A DNA stretch of 64,000 bases from Macrostomum lignano. Taxonomy: Eukaryota. Position 1 is the stretch's first letter. Each line of letters begins with the position of its first letter. A program made the translations under genes and the position numbers. The stretch covers positions 186,001 through 250,000 of the forward strand of contig NIVC01000084.1 in assembly GCA_002269645.1 (NCBI GenBank). Reading direction: 5' to 3'. Of this stretch, positions 1 through 12,500 are shown in pieces. The notes below the pieces were generated by a model, which did not search any database, was not told the DNA's origin, and was given only the letters and a program-made list of their open reading frames with translations.

Positions 1-2
1 GC

Positions 3-3000
3 GGCCGGCCTGTGCACTGCGTCTGCCTGCGGCTGCCCGGCGACCAGGATGGCGGGGAGGCAGCCCGGCTGATTGAATTTATGGACCGCCTGGCGGCTGA
101 GACATGCGGCTCACTGACTGCTGTGACCATTGATGAGGCTCAGGTGCGAGAGGAGTGGATGCAAGGGAGATACAAGATTTATTAGATGGGAGAGATGAGA
201 GAGACAAAAGAAAGAGGTGGAGGAGATGTAGAAGAGATGCGGGAGAAAAGCGAGAGAGAGCGGGAGAGATGCGGGAGAGAAGGGGGAGAGAAGCGGGAGA
301 GATGCGGGAGAGATGCGGGGGGATGCGGGAGAGATGCGGGAGAGAAGCGGGAGAGAAGCGGGAGAGAGGCGAGAGAGATGCGGGAGAGAAGCGGGAGAGA
401 ATTGGGAGAGAGGCGAGAGAGATGCGGGGGAGATGCAGGAGAGAAGGGGGAGAGATGCGGGAGAGAAGCGGGAGAGATGCGGTAGAGATGCGGGAGAGAT
501 GCGGTAGAGATGCGGGAGAGATGCGGTAGAGATGCGGGAGAGATGCGGGGGAGATGCAGGAGAGAAGGGGGAGAGATGCGGGAGAGATGCGGTAGAGATG
601 CGGGAGAGATGCGGTAGAGATGTGGGAGAGATGCGGGGGAGATGCAGGAGAGAAGGGGGAGAGATGCGGGAGAGATGCGGGAGAGATGCGGGAGAGATGC
701 GGGAGAGACGCGAGAGAGAAGCAGGAAAGAGACACAAGAGAGAAGCAGGAAAGAGACACAAGAGAGACATTTGAATTGGAATTTTCACTTCACACCATCA
801 GTACACTGCAGTTCAGTAACTGAGGCTACCCGAGCAAAGCATAAAATTTGTTAACTTCATTCTACTCGAACTTTCTAAACCCAGTCCATATCTGCCGTGC
901 AACGTCTCCGCGGTTCCGACGGCCCCGCCGAGCGGATGATTCGCACCAAGGACGGCAGAATTCGCCCAGAACTGGCCACCTGTTCGATCACCACCTGCTT
1001 GAGCAGCGGCGTTGATCCCCTCCTCGAGCCGCCGCTGCTGCCGCCGCCAGCTGGTCTGAAGTCGTTCAGCCGGCACCGACCAGCCAGGGCGTTCATCTCA
1101 GCCGGCGGCGCCAGCGGAGCCGGTGTCCAGTCCCGAAATCCGTTCTGCCCGGCTGGCGGGGCAACCCTGATTGGTCGGCGGGTGCTGGCCAGGAGGCGGG
1201 ACCCGGCCGCCAGCGGCTTCTACAGGGGCAAAGTGGTTAGCGAGGTGAGTTGTTAATTCATTCTGTTTAGATTCTGTTTCTTCATCTTAGACTTCACCTT
1301 ATCTTTTTTAAAATAGGATTCCAATTGGCATTACTGCCCATCACGCCGACTCCCCTGAGCGCTGTACACTCCTGTGTGAGTGTGTGCCTGTGCGTATGAC
1401 TGCGCACGTATCGGCGCGCTTGTGCAGTTTCACAAACTTGGTGTCAGATGCGGTAAACTTGGTGTCATTGGTATTTATCCTTGGGGTTGGCCCTCAAGCT
1501 GGGCGCTACTTGCACGGGCAGAACCAAGCCCAGATTCCAAATTAGCTCCAAATTAATGTGACTGCACTTGGAATCGAGCCTGGGCCGCTGGCACATCAGA
1601 GCGCCGCGCTGGACCACTAGGCTACGGCCCCTCACCACTTCAGGAACCAATTCATCGCCCCATCAGCTCCCAAACAAACCCTACCTAATCAAAAAAATCA
1701 ACAATGGCACCTCAGGTCGAGCCCGACCTCTTCCTGGTGGAGTTCCCTGCCGACGAGCCAGACGAAGGCAAGCCGCAGCACCAGGAAACCCGCATCAGCG
1801 ACATCGTCAGTCTAGACGACGCTCTCCGACACTCGATCGCTCCCGGCGATGCGGTGCTGCTGCCGCCGTCGCCGGGCTCAAGCGAGCCGGCCAAATTCCA
1901 GCTAGGCATCGTGAGGAGCGGCCACGAAGCGCGCGACTTCGCCTCAGCCGGCGCCAACGTCACGCCGTTAATCGTCGCCGTGACAACCGCTGGCGAGGAA
2001 GCCGAAGTAGAAGCTGCCGCTGGCGAGGCCGTCTGGATTCCACGCCAGCTGTACGACTCGCTTCTAGCTGAGAAAGTGGACTCTGACGATTCTGCCAACT
2101 CGAAGCAGGCTGAAGTACCACTGAGGACATCCTGCCCAACCGTCATCCTGTATCCGCCAGTGAGTTCCAGCGTTATTTTGTTTCATTTTAGAGATTTTTA
2201 GCGACCTGGCAGCGTGTCTTGTCGGTATTGACACTCGACTAGTTTAACATCACTGACACCAAGTTTACCGCATCTGACACCAAGTTTACCTCATCTGACA
2301 CCAAGTTTACCGCATATCTGACACCAAGTTCACTGCATCTGACACCACGTTTAGCCCATCTGACACCAAATTCACCGCATCTGACACCAAGTTTACCGCA
2401 TCTGCCACCCAGGTTTACCGCATCTGACACCAAGTTTACCGCATCTGACTCCTAGTTTACCGCATCTGACTCCTAGTTTAGCGCATCTGACACCAAGTTT
2501 ACCGCATCTGACACCAAGTTTACCTCATCTGACACCAAGTTTACCGCATCTGACTCCAAGTTTACCTCATCTGACACCAAGTTTACCGCATCTGACACCA
2601 AGTTTACCTCATCTGCCACCAAGTTTACCGCATCTGACACCAAGTTTACCTCATCTGACACCAAGTTTACCGCATCTGACACCAAGTTTACCGCATCTGA
2701 CACCAAGTTTACCTCATCTGACACCAAGTTTACCGCATCTGACACCAAGTTTACCGCATCTGACACCAAGTTTACCTCATCTGCCACCAAGTTTACCTCA
2801 TCTGACACCAAGTTTACCGCATCTGACACCAAGTTTACCGCATCTGACACCAAGTTTACCTCATCTGCCACCAAGTTTACCTCATCTGACACCAAGTTTA
2901 CCGCATCTGACACCAAGTTTACCTCATCTGACACCAAGTTTACCGCATCTGACACCAACTTTACCTCATCTGACACCAAGTTTACCGCATCTGACACCAA

Positions 3001-6000
3001 GTTTACCTCATCTGACACCAAGTTTACCGCATCTGACACCAAGTTTAGCCCATCTGACACCAAGTTTACCGCATCTGACACCAAGTTTACCGCATCTGAC
3101 ACCAAGTTTACCGCATCTGACACCAAGTTTACCTCATCTGACACCAAGTTTACCGCATCTGACACCAAGTTCACCGCATCTGACACCAAGTTTACCGCAT
3201 CTGACACCAAGTTCACCTCATCTGACACCAAGTTTACCGCATCTGACACCACATTTAGCCCATCTGACACCATGTTTAGCGCATCTGACACCAAGTTTAC
3301 CGCATCTGACACCCAGTTAACACCTTCGACAGCAAGTTTGTCGCCTTAAAACCCAACACGCCGCCATTCAGTTTACGCTCGAATAATAAAACTAACTTTC
3401 TTCCCCCCTCTGACAACTCCCGCAGGGCCTGATGTACGTGTACCCCACAGCGTCACTCGCGGCGCCTTTGTTGTTGAACAGCGGCTCCGGCAGGGAGTTC
3501 CCGATTCGCAGTCACCCGGCGCCGCCGCTGTACTCTCGCCCGCTGCACCCAGTTGTCCCGGCCTCAGCCTCCGCTCCGCCACCGCCCGTCGATGAACCAG
3601 CGGCGGAAGCGCCGACATCGACGCCCGTGGACGCTCCACCGACAGTTCCAGATGCTCCTGCCGCCGCCGCGGCCGCCGCGGTCGCTGAACCCGACAACGA
3701 GGACAAGACGAGAAAGGAGGCTGCGGATGAAGAGGCCGAGCTACTCGCACTTGACCGCGAGCTGGCCGCCGCTTTGGCCACCAGCGACATCGGAGTAGGC
3801 AACTGTCCATCCGTCGACGATAAACGTCGAAAGAAATCGACTATGTGGCGTCGACAACGGCCGCCCTGGCGCTACTGGGGCGCCGGCGGCGTCGGCTGCG
3901 GCATCAATAGCAGCAGCGGAATGCCCGACGTGATCGACCTGCACCCGACTGACCCTCACGTCAACTGGGGCCGATGCGACGTTCTCGAGCATCGGCTGAA
4001 CCCGGCTGACAAGGCGAAGCCTCGACTGCGACCGGACTCACCGCGCAGGCTGCTGGATCCGCGCCTGTACGACCGGTTCGGCGACCCGGCCGACCATCGG
4101 ATGACTCGCGAGCAGGCGGCTGTGTCGGCGTCAGCAGTGAGACAGCAGCGGCGATGGACTGCTGGCCGGGGCGGCTTTGACGACGCTGAGGCGACCGACG
4201 CCATACTGGCTGCTCGATCTAGGAATCTGGCGGACGCACAGGTGAGTACAACCAGGGGTCAGAGTGACTAAGTCATAGAGTGAATAGCTCATGCTCACAA
4301 AGTGAATAGCTCACAGAGTGAAGAGGTCATAGAGTGAATAGGTCGTAGAGTGAATAGGTCATAGAGTGAATAGGTCACAGAGTGACTAGGTCATAAAGTG
4401 ACTAGGTCATAGAGTGAATAGGTCATAAAGTGACTAGGTCATAGAGTAAATAGGTCATAAAGTGACTAGGTCATAGAGTGAATAGGTCGTAGAGTGAATA
4501 GGTCATAGAGTGAATAGGTCACAGAGTGACTAGGTCATAAAGTGACTAGGTCATAGAGTGAATAGGTCATAAAGTGACTAGGTCATAGAGTGAATAGGTC
4601 GTAGAGTGAATAGGTCATAGAGTGAATAGGTCACAGAGTGACTAGGTCATAAAGTGACTAGGTCATAGAGTGAATAGGTCATAAAGTGACTAGGTCATAG
4701 AGTAAATAGGTCATAAAGTGACTAGGTCATAGAGTGAATAGGTCATAGAGTGACTAGGTCATAGAGTGACTAGGTCACCGAGTGTCTAGGTCATGGAGTG
4801 AATAGGTCACAAAGTGACTAAGTCACAGAGTGTCTAGGTCATAGAGTGAATAGGTCACAGAGTGACTAGGTCACAGAGTGACTAGATCACAGAGTGACTA
4901 GGTCACAGAGTGAATAGGTCACAGAGTGACTAGGTCACAGAGTGAATAGGTCACAGAGTGAATAGGTCACAGAGTGACTAGGTCACAGAGTGTCTAGGTC
5001 ATGGAGTGACTAGGTCACAAAGTGAATAAGTCACAGAGTGTCTAGGTCATAGAGTGAATAGGTCATAGAGTGACTAGGTCACAGAGTGACTAGATCACAG
5101 AGTGACTAGGTCACAGAGTGACTAGGTCACAGAGTGACTAGGTCACAGAGTAATTAGGTCACAGAGTGAATAGGTCACAGAGTGACTAGGTCACGGAGTG
5201 AATAGGTCACAGAGTGACTAGGTCACGGAGTGAATAGGTCACAGAGTGACTAGCTCACGGAGTGAATAGGTCACGGAGTGAATAGGTCACAGAGTGAATA
5301 GGTCACAGAGTGACTAGCTCACGGAGTGAATAGGTCACAGAGTGACTAGGTCACAGAGTGACTAGGGGGCCACAAACTGACTAGGGGGTCACAGAGTGAC
5401 TCGGGGTCACGGGGTTACACTTGAAACTCATCCTCCCCAGGTTCAGCACGAGCTGCACCGTCTGGACCGTCAGGAGAGGTCGGCGGCAGCGGCGGCCAGC
5501 CTGGAGTCGGCAATCAAAGCGCAGCTGCAGCGCGAGGCCCTGGCAGAGGCGCAGGCCTACAGGCTGGCAGTTCAGGAGGAGCTGCGGCGCGGCAGGTCCG
5601 GTGGCTGCCGATTCGATGATCGGATTGGCCATTTCAAGGGCGCCTCCCCGGCAGTCAAGATGTCGGACGGCCGCGAGCGGGTGTGGCAGTCCAGATCTGC
5701 AGGTGGAGCCGCGGCCGAAGATGCTCAGCATTCACGTCTGGTAGAAAATTCCACTGCTCAGAGGTGAGGAACCTCGAGATTTTCGTGTTTGAGCTTGAGA
5801 AATCATTTTCATGATTGAGTTTGATTATTTTCATGATTGAGTTTGATCATTTTCATGATTGAGTTTGATTATTTTCATGATTGAGTTTGATCATTTTCAT
5901 GATTGAGTTTGATCATTTTCATGATTGAGTTTGATCATTTTCATGACTGAGTTTGATCATTTTCATGATTGAGTTTGATCATTTTCATGATTGAGTTGGA

Positions 6001-7480
6001 TCATTTTTCATGATTAAGTTTGAGAAATCATTTTCATGACTGAGTTTTAGAAATAATTTTCATGACTGAGTTTTAGAAATCATTTTCATGACTGAGTTTT
6101 AGAAATCATTTTCATGACTGAGTTTTAGAAATCATTTTCATGACTGAGTTTAAGAAATCATTTTCATGACTGAGTTTTAGAAATCATTTTCATGACTGAG
6201 TTTTAGAAATCATTTTCATGACTGAGTTTTAGAAATCATTTTTATGACTGAGTTTTAGAAATCATTTTCATGACTGAGTTTGAGAAATCATTTTCATGAT
6301 TGAGTTCGAGAAATCATTTTCATGATTGAGTTTGAGAAATCATTTTCATGATTGAGTTTGAGAAATCATTTTCATGACTGAGTTTTAGAAATCATTTTCA
6401 TGACTGAGTTTGAGAAATCATTTTCATGATTGAGTTCGAGAAATCATTTTCATGATTGAGTTCGAGAAATCATTTTCATGATTGAGTTCGAGAAATCATT
6501 TTCATGATTGAGTTCGAGAAATCATTTTCATGATTGAGTTTGAGAAATCATTTTCATGACTGAGTTTTAGAAATCATTTTCATGACTGAGTTTGAGAAAT
6601 CATTTTCATGATTGAGTTCGAGAAATCATTTTCATGATTGAGTTTGAGAAATCATTTTCATGATAGAGTTTTAGAAATCATTTTCATGACTGAGTTTAAG
6701 AAATCATTTTCATGACTGAGTTTGAGAAATCATTTTCATGACTGAGTTTTAGAAATCATTTTCATGACTGAGTTTTAGAAATCATTTTCATGACTGAGTT
6801 TGAGAAATCATTTTCATGATTGAGTTCGAGAAATCATTTTCATGATTGAGTTTGAGAAATCATTTTCATGATTGAGTTTGAGAAATCATTTTGATGACTG
6901 AGTTTTAGAAATCATTTTCATGACTGAGTTTGAGAAATCATTTTCATGATTGAGTTCGAGAAATCATTTTCATGATTGAGTTCGAGAAATCATTTTCATG
7001 ATTGAGTTTGAGAAATCATTTTCATGATTGAGTTTGAGAAATCATTTTCATGACTGAGTTTTAGAAATCATTTTCATGACTGAGTTTGAGAAATCATTTT
7101 CATGATTGAGTTCGAGAAATCATTTTCATGATTGAGTTTGAGAAATCATTTTCATGATTGAGTTTGAAAAATTATTTTCATGACTGATTTTGATCATTTT
7201 CATGACTGATTTTGATCATTTTCATAATTGAGTTTGATCATTTTCATGATTGAGTTTGAGAACTCAATAGATGAATCATGTTCAGGATTTAGATTCCTAC
7301 GCTTCATCATTCTGAAACCGCTCTGTCCGCAGGACGGTGGCTCACTGGCTCCGCTACCAGGACCTGATGGACCCTCAGCAGGCCGCCGCCTCCGCCCAGA
7401 CCATGGCTGCCAGACATCGGGACTGCCACTCGGCACTGGAGTCTCAACGACTGTTGCGTCAGAGGCAAGAAGCAATTTGA
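3..7480 (+). CDS. vWA-like/DUF4537 (tandem Tudor-like) protein, VWA3B/C11orf16-like; 5'-incomplete, 6 exons visible
   Basis: Exons <3-143, 885-1244, 1716-2159, 3426-4241, 5441-5763, 7333-7480; all junctions GT-AG and phase-consistent (0,0,0,0,2), ending at TGA 7478-7480. GRRVLARRRD..GFYRGKVV/..FLVEF..DIVSL..IAPGDAVL..LGIV..G.E.RD resembles DUF4537 of C11orf16/VWA3B. The first exon (VHCV..FMDRLAAETCGSL) resembles a vWA C-terminal end. Confidence 0.75.
190..770. repeat. GA-rich ~11-bp minisatellite (GCGGGAGAGAT) in intron 1
   Basis: Visible tandem periodicity; source of the spurious SRISPASL/ERCGRDAG ORFs. Confidence 0.9.
2250..3312. repeat. 21-bp minisatellite (CATCTGACACCAAGTTTACCG), ~50 copies, intron 3
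   Basis: 7-aa period (VSDAVNL) in the translated frame; unit read directly. Confidence 0.95.
4260..5410. repeat. 16-bp minisatellite (AGAGTGA[A/C]TAGGTCA[C/T]), intron 4
   Basis: Tandem unit read directly. Confidence 0.95.
5805..7260. repeat. 26-bp minisatellite (TGAGTTTGAGAAATCATTTTCATGAT) with 22-bp variants at both edges, intron 5
   Basis: Period 26 (e.g. 6301 to 6327); each unit contains the inverted repeat AATCAT/ATGATT. Confidence 0.95.
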
Positions 7481-7999
7481 CGTTTTTGTTGCGTGATTCA
7501 ATGTATACTACTGACTACTTCTACTTCTCGTATTTAAGTAGTGTAAATTTAAAATGTGAATTTTTCTTTCTCTGGCTTTTAAAGTTTAAATTAAGTAGAA
7601 TCTCTTAACAAGTTGATTTCCAATTTTCTAAACTTTCCCTATGGCGTCTTCGATGCTAAATGCATTCCATTCATGTAGCTGAATATATTTTACGAGCGTA
7701 TTGTATTTAGTAGCCCCGGTCTGTGCCGTCTGCTTCAATTGGTAGATTTGCCTATCTATTTATGCATCTAGATATTTTAGTAGAATCATAGACAGTAGAG
7801 TGTGCATATGCATATGATGCTACTAGTACAGGACCACTCACCGGCTTACAATCAAGTGTTTTTATATACATTAATAAAAATCACGCCTTCAGTTTACTTA
7901 AACAGAGAATTTCTATTTTAGCTGTTAAAAATTTTGCAACTAATGCTCTGTTTCGACTTAATACTGATCTGTATTTTTAATTTAACCCCAATATTGTAG

Positions 8000-8510
8000 T
8001 CCAGACCCCACAGGCCACACCCAACACCCACCCCTCCTCTCTGTCCTTCAGTCCAGCCCCCGCGGGCCACACTCAACACCCGCCCCTCCTCTCTATCCTT
8101 CATTTCAGCCCCCACAGGCCACAACCAACTCCCACCCCTCCTCTATCCTTCAGTTCATCCCCCACAGGCCACACCCACCCCTCCTCTCTATCCTTCAGTT
8201 CATCCCCCACAGGCCACACCCAACACCCACCCCTCCTCTCTATCCTTCAGTTCATCCCCCACAGGCAACACCCACCCCTCCTCTCTATCCTTCAGTTCAT
8301 CCCCCACAGGCCACACCCAACACCCATCCCTCCTCTCTATCCTTCAGTTCATCCCCCACAGGACGCACCCAACACCCACCCCTCCTCTATATCCTTCAGT
8401 TCAGCCCCCACAGGCCACACCCAACACCCACCCCTCCTCTCTATCCTTCAGTCCAGCTCCACAGGCCGCACCCACAGGCAACACCCACCCTCTGTCTTTC
8501 CTTTAGTCCA
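8000..8510. repeat. C-rich ~43-53-bp minisatellite between convergent gene 3' ends
   Basis: CCCACAGGCCACACCCAACACCCACCCCTCCTCTCTATCCTTCAGTTCATCC, about 10 copies in two length variants. Confidence 0.85.
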
Positions 8511-8844
8511 GCCGTCTGAAGCTAAAAAAAAGTTAGGAACAAAATTGAAGTACCCTCGAAACGTTTGTTTCTTTAAAGAGTCGGACATTTTCGTTTTTCT
8601 ATTTTTTTAGGCTTCGAAAAAAGCTTAAAACGAGTGCTGTCAAACTAGATAGATTAAATTTACTACTAAAGACTAGATTTCTAATTAATTTTACCAACAA
8701 CGTCGAATATTTGTACGGAATATTGCTTCCTACAATAGATTCATTGTGCAGAACCTTACAATTAATAGTAAAGCCGAGTGGCATCTGAAGCAAAAAATTA
8801 AAAGTACTTCAGATTAAATCTCATTCGAGCGATTCCAGCTGCCT

Positions 8845-9132
8845 CTAAGTAGCCGCTTGATCAGCCGATCCGCTGACGGAGTGAGCAGTTCTCGACATCA
8901 TGACCGTGTTGGCGTCTGCCACGCGGTTGTTGCGGTCTCTCACTAGGGCGACAATCTGCAAATTGAATTTGATAGTGCTGCTTTTAGAGCCTAATAGGTT
9001 TCTTAGATAGAAAGTTAGTTTAATAATTAGGTATTTAGTTATTCAGTTAGTTAGTTAATTCGTTAGTTCGTAAGTTAGTCAGTTATTTAGTCAGTTAGTT
9101 AGTTAGTCAGTCAGTTAGTTAGTTAGTTAGTC

Positions 9133-9199
<67 letters not shown>

Positions 9200-9400
9200 C
9201 AGTTAGTTAGTTAGTTAGTCAGTTAGTTAGTTAGTCAGTCAGTTAGTTAGTTAGTTAGTTAGTTAGTCAGTCAGTCAGTCAGTTAGTTAGTTAGTTAGTT
9301 AGTTAGTCAGTTAGTTAGTTAGTCAGTTAGTCAGTTAGTTAGTTAGTCAGTTAGTTAGTTATCTAGTTAGTTAGTTAGTCAGTTAGTTATTTAGTTAGTC

Positions 9401-9431
<31 letters not shown>

Positions 9432-9500
9432 CAGTTAGTCAGTTAGTCAGTTAGTTGGTGAGTCAGTCAGTCAGTTAGTTAGTTAGTTAGTCAGTCAGTC

Positions 9501-9559
<59 letters not shown>

Positions 9560-12500
9560 CAGTCAGTCAGTTAGTTAGTTAGTGAGTCAGTCAGTCAGTC
9601 AGTCTGTCAGTTAGTTTATTAAACTTGTTTCAAAGTCATAAAAAGTATAGTCGCTTCGATCATAACAACAATCTATTGCATCAAACGGTGGTACCTTAAA
9701 ATTGCATTGCTTGACCCCAACGCTTCAGAGGGCCGCACTGGTCCTCAATGGGAAAGTGAGCACCATTCCACAAGGCCATCCAAAAGCATGTTCAATAGGG
9801 CTCACCTTCCCCCCGAACACTAGCAGCACGGTGGTAGTTGAGCAGATGATGACGCAAGAGCTCAACAACAGGTGACGCAGGTCCACAGCGCTATTCGGCA
9901 GGGCAAAGTCCAGCACCACGCCGATCAGCCCCATCACCATGGTGTTGTACACGCAAACTCCGATTGTCTTCGAGTCGTTCAGCACTTCAACATGAACGGT
10001 TCGAGTCTCCCAGGCGAAAAATATGCCGAATAGAAGGAAAATGGCTGCAATTTATCAGAAATTGGTTGAGTCACATTTAAATCATTTTGTCAATGATTTA
10101 CTACTCACACCGTGTCTTAGGAGTAGTGCACGAGGAAGTTTGCAATGGAGAAACCTGTTTAATGCCTACAAAGAGGAACTCCATTTAGTTCGGGTGGATT
10201 TGGCGATGCCGACTGGGTTCTGCAGACCTTTTTACATCATTTCAGCACCTTTAATGCTTCAATCCTTTGTTCAGTGTGCTCAAAAACTTTTGATTCTATA
10301 AGACTCCTGAGCCTGACCCACCATCCAGTACCTTTCATCCCAATAATGATGCCCTTCCAAAGCCAGTTGTTGTTGCAGCGACAGGACGTTAGAGTCTGCT
10401 GTATCAGAGTGCCGTCAGACACCACTTCCTGATAGAAAGGCGAGTTTTGTTATGTTAAATTTTGAAAGTATTTTGATTGAAATAGCTGTGACAATTTACT
10501 ATCAATTTACCATCTTACCTGGTCCTTCAGCTGCAAAACCAGCAGTTTGTACGGGTCAGCGAATCCCCAGGCAGTCAGTATCACAGCGTCTAGCAGAAGT
10601 ATTACCAGAATCACAATGAACAGGTGCCAGTCTTTGATGGCCTGCCGGAGTTTTGTTGTTTCAAATAATAAGATAAATCGGAACAAGAATATTTTTTGAT
10701 GAAAAACTTAGTTATTCTACAACATTGAGATTAACTGAAAGATTTTCTATCAACTCCACTTCTACCCATTAGCTGTTTTTATCATCTCTGCTTTTACCAT
10801 CTCCACTTCTACCATCTCCACTTCTACCATCTCTGCTTCTACCATCTCCACTTCTACCATCTCCACTTCTACCATCTCCACTTCTACCATCTCTGCTTCT
10901 ACCATCTCCACTTCTACCATCTCTGCTTCTACCATCTCTGCTTCTACCATCTCTGCTTCTACCATCTCTGCTTCTAACATCTCTGCTTCTACCATCTCTG
11001 CTTCTATCATCTCTGCTTCTATCATCTCTGCTTCTATCATCTCCACTTCTACCATCTCCACTTCTACCATCTCTGCTTCTACCATCTCTGCTTCTACCAT
11101 CTCTGCTTCTACCATCCCTGCTTCTACCATCTCTGCTTCTATCATCTCTGCTTCTATCATCTCTGCTTCTATCATCTCCACTTCTACCATCTCCACTTCT
11201 ACCATCTCTGCTTCTATCATCTCCACTTCTACCATCTCTGCTTCTACCATCTCTGCTTCTACCATCTCTGCTTCTATCATCTCTGCTTCTATCATCTCCA
11301 CTTCTACCATCTCCACTTCTACCATCTCCACTTCTACCATCTCCACTTCTACCATCTCCACTTCTACCATCTCTGCTTCTACCATCTCCACTTCTACCAT
11401 CTCTGCTTCTACCATCTCTGCTTCTACCATCTCTGCTTCTACCATCTCTGCTTCTACCATCTCTGCTTCTACCATCTCTGCTTTTACCATCTCTGCTTCT
11501 ACCATCTCTGCTTCTACCATCTCTGCTTCTACCATCTCTGCTTCTACCATCTCTGCTTCTACCATCTCTGCTTCTACCATCTCTGCTTCTACCATCTCTG
11601 CTTCTACCATCTCTGCTTCTACCATCTCTGCTTCTACCATCTCTGCTTCTACCATCTCTGCTTCTACCATCTCTGCTTCTACCATATCTGCTTCTACCAT
11701 CTCTGCTTCTACCATATCTGCTTCTACCATCTCTGCTTCTACCATCTCTGCTTCTACCATCTCTGCTTCTACCATCTCTGCTTCTACCATCTCTGCTTCT
11801 ACCATCTCTGCTTCTACCATCTCTGCTTCTACCATCTCTGCTTCTACCATCTCTGCTTCTACCATCTCTGCTTCTACCATCTCTGCTTCTACCATCTCTG
11901 CTTCTACCATCTCTGCTTCTACCATCTCTGCTTCTACCATCTCTGCTTCTACCATCTCTGCTTCTACCATCTCTGCTTCTACCATCTCTGCTTCTACCAT
12001 CTCTGCTTCTACCATCTCTGCTTCTACCATCTCTGCTTCTACCATCTCTGCTTCTACCATCTCTGCTTCTACCATCTCTGCTTCTACCATCTCTGCTTCT
12101 ACCATCTCTGCTTCTACCATCTCTGCTTCTACCATCTCTGCTTCTACCATCTCTGCTTCTACCATCTCTGCTTTTACCATCTCTGCTTCTACCATCCGAC
12201 TGTCTCCTCACCAGTTTGCGCAATTGCTTGTTAGTAAAGATGCGATGCACGCGCCAGGTTTTGGCCAGCATTCCGCCAAATGCGCAAGAATAACCGCAGA
12301 CCAGAAACACCAGCTGCAGCCAGCACAGGCTCTGTAGCGTCTCGTCGACATGATCGTTCACAGTCATAACTAGACAGGCACCGTAGCATAGCAGACAGCC
12401 GAGACCAATAATTGTGTTCACGTAGGGACTGCTCAGACGAATGAGTGCGACTTTTCTATACACCAGGTTCACAATCATGGCCGCAATGGCTAGGCAAGCG

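Noticed and set aside
79-3312. Long ORFs 79-788 and 2473-3312 (SRISPASL, VSDAVNL repeats)
   Set aside because: Translations of intronic minisatellites on the non-coding strand; no start context or domain.
2250-3312. 21-bp unit contains TGGTGTCAGA (minus strand), identical to the start of a tRNA-Leu PBS
   Set aside because: Only 10 nt, with no LTR or tRNA context; cannot be distinguished from chance.
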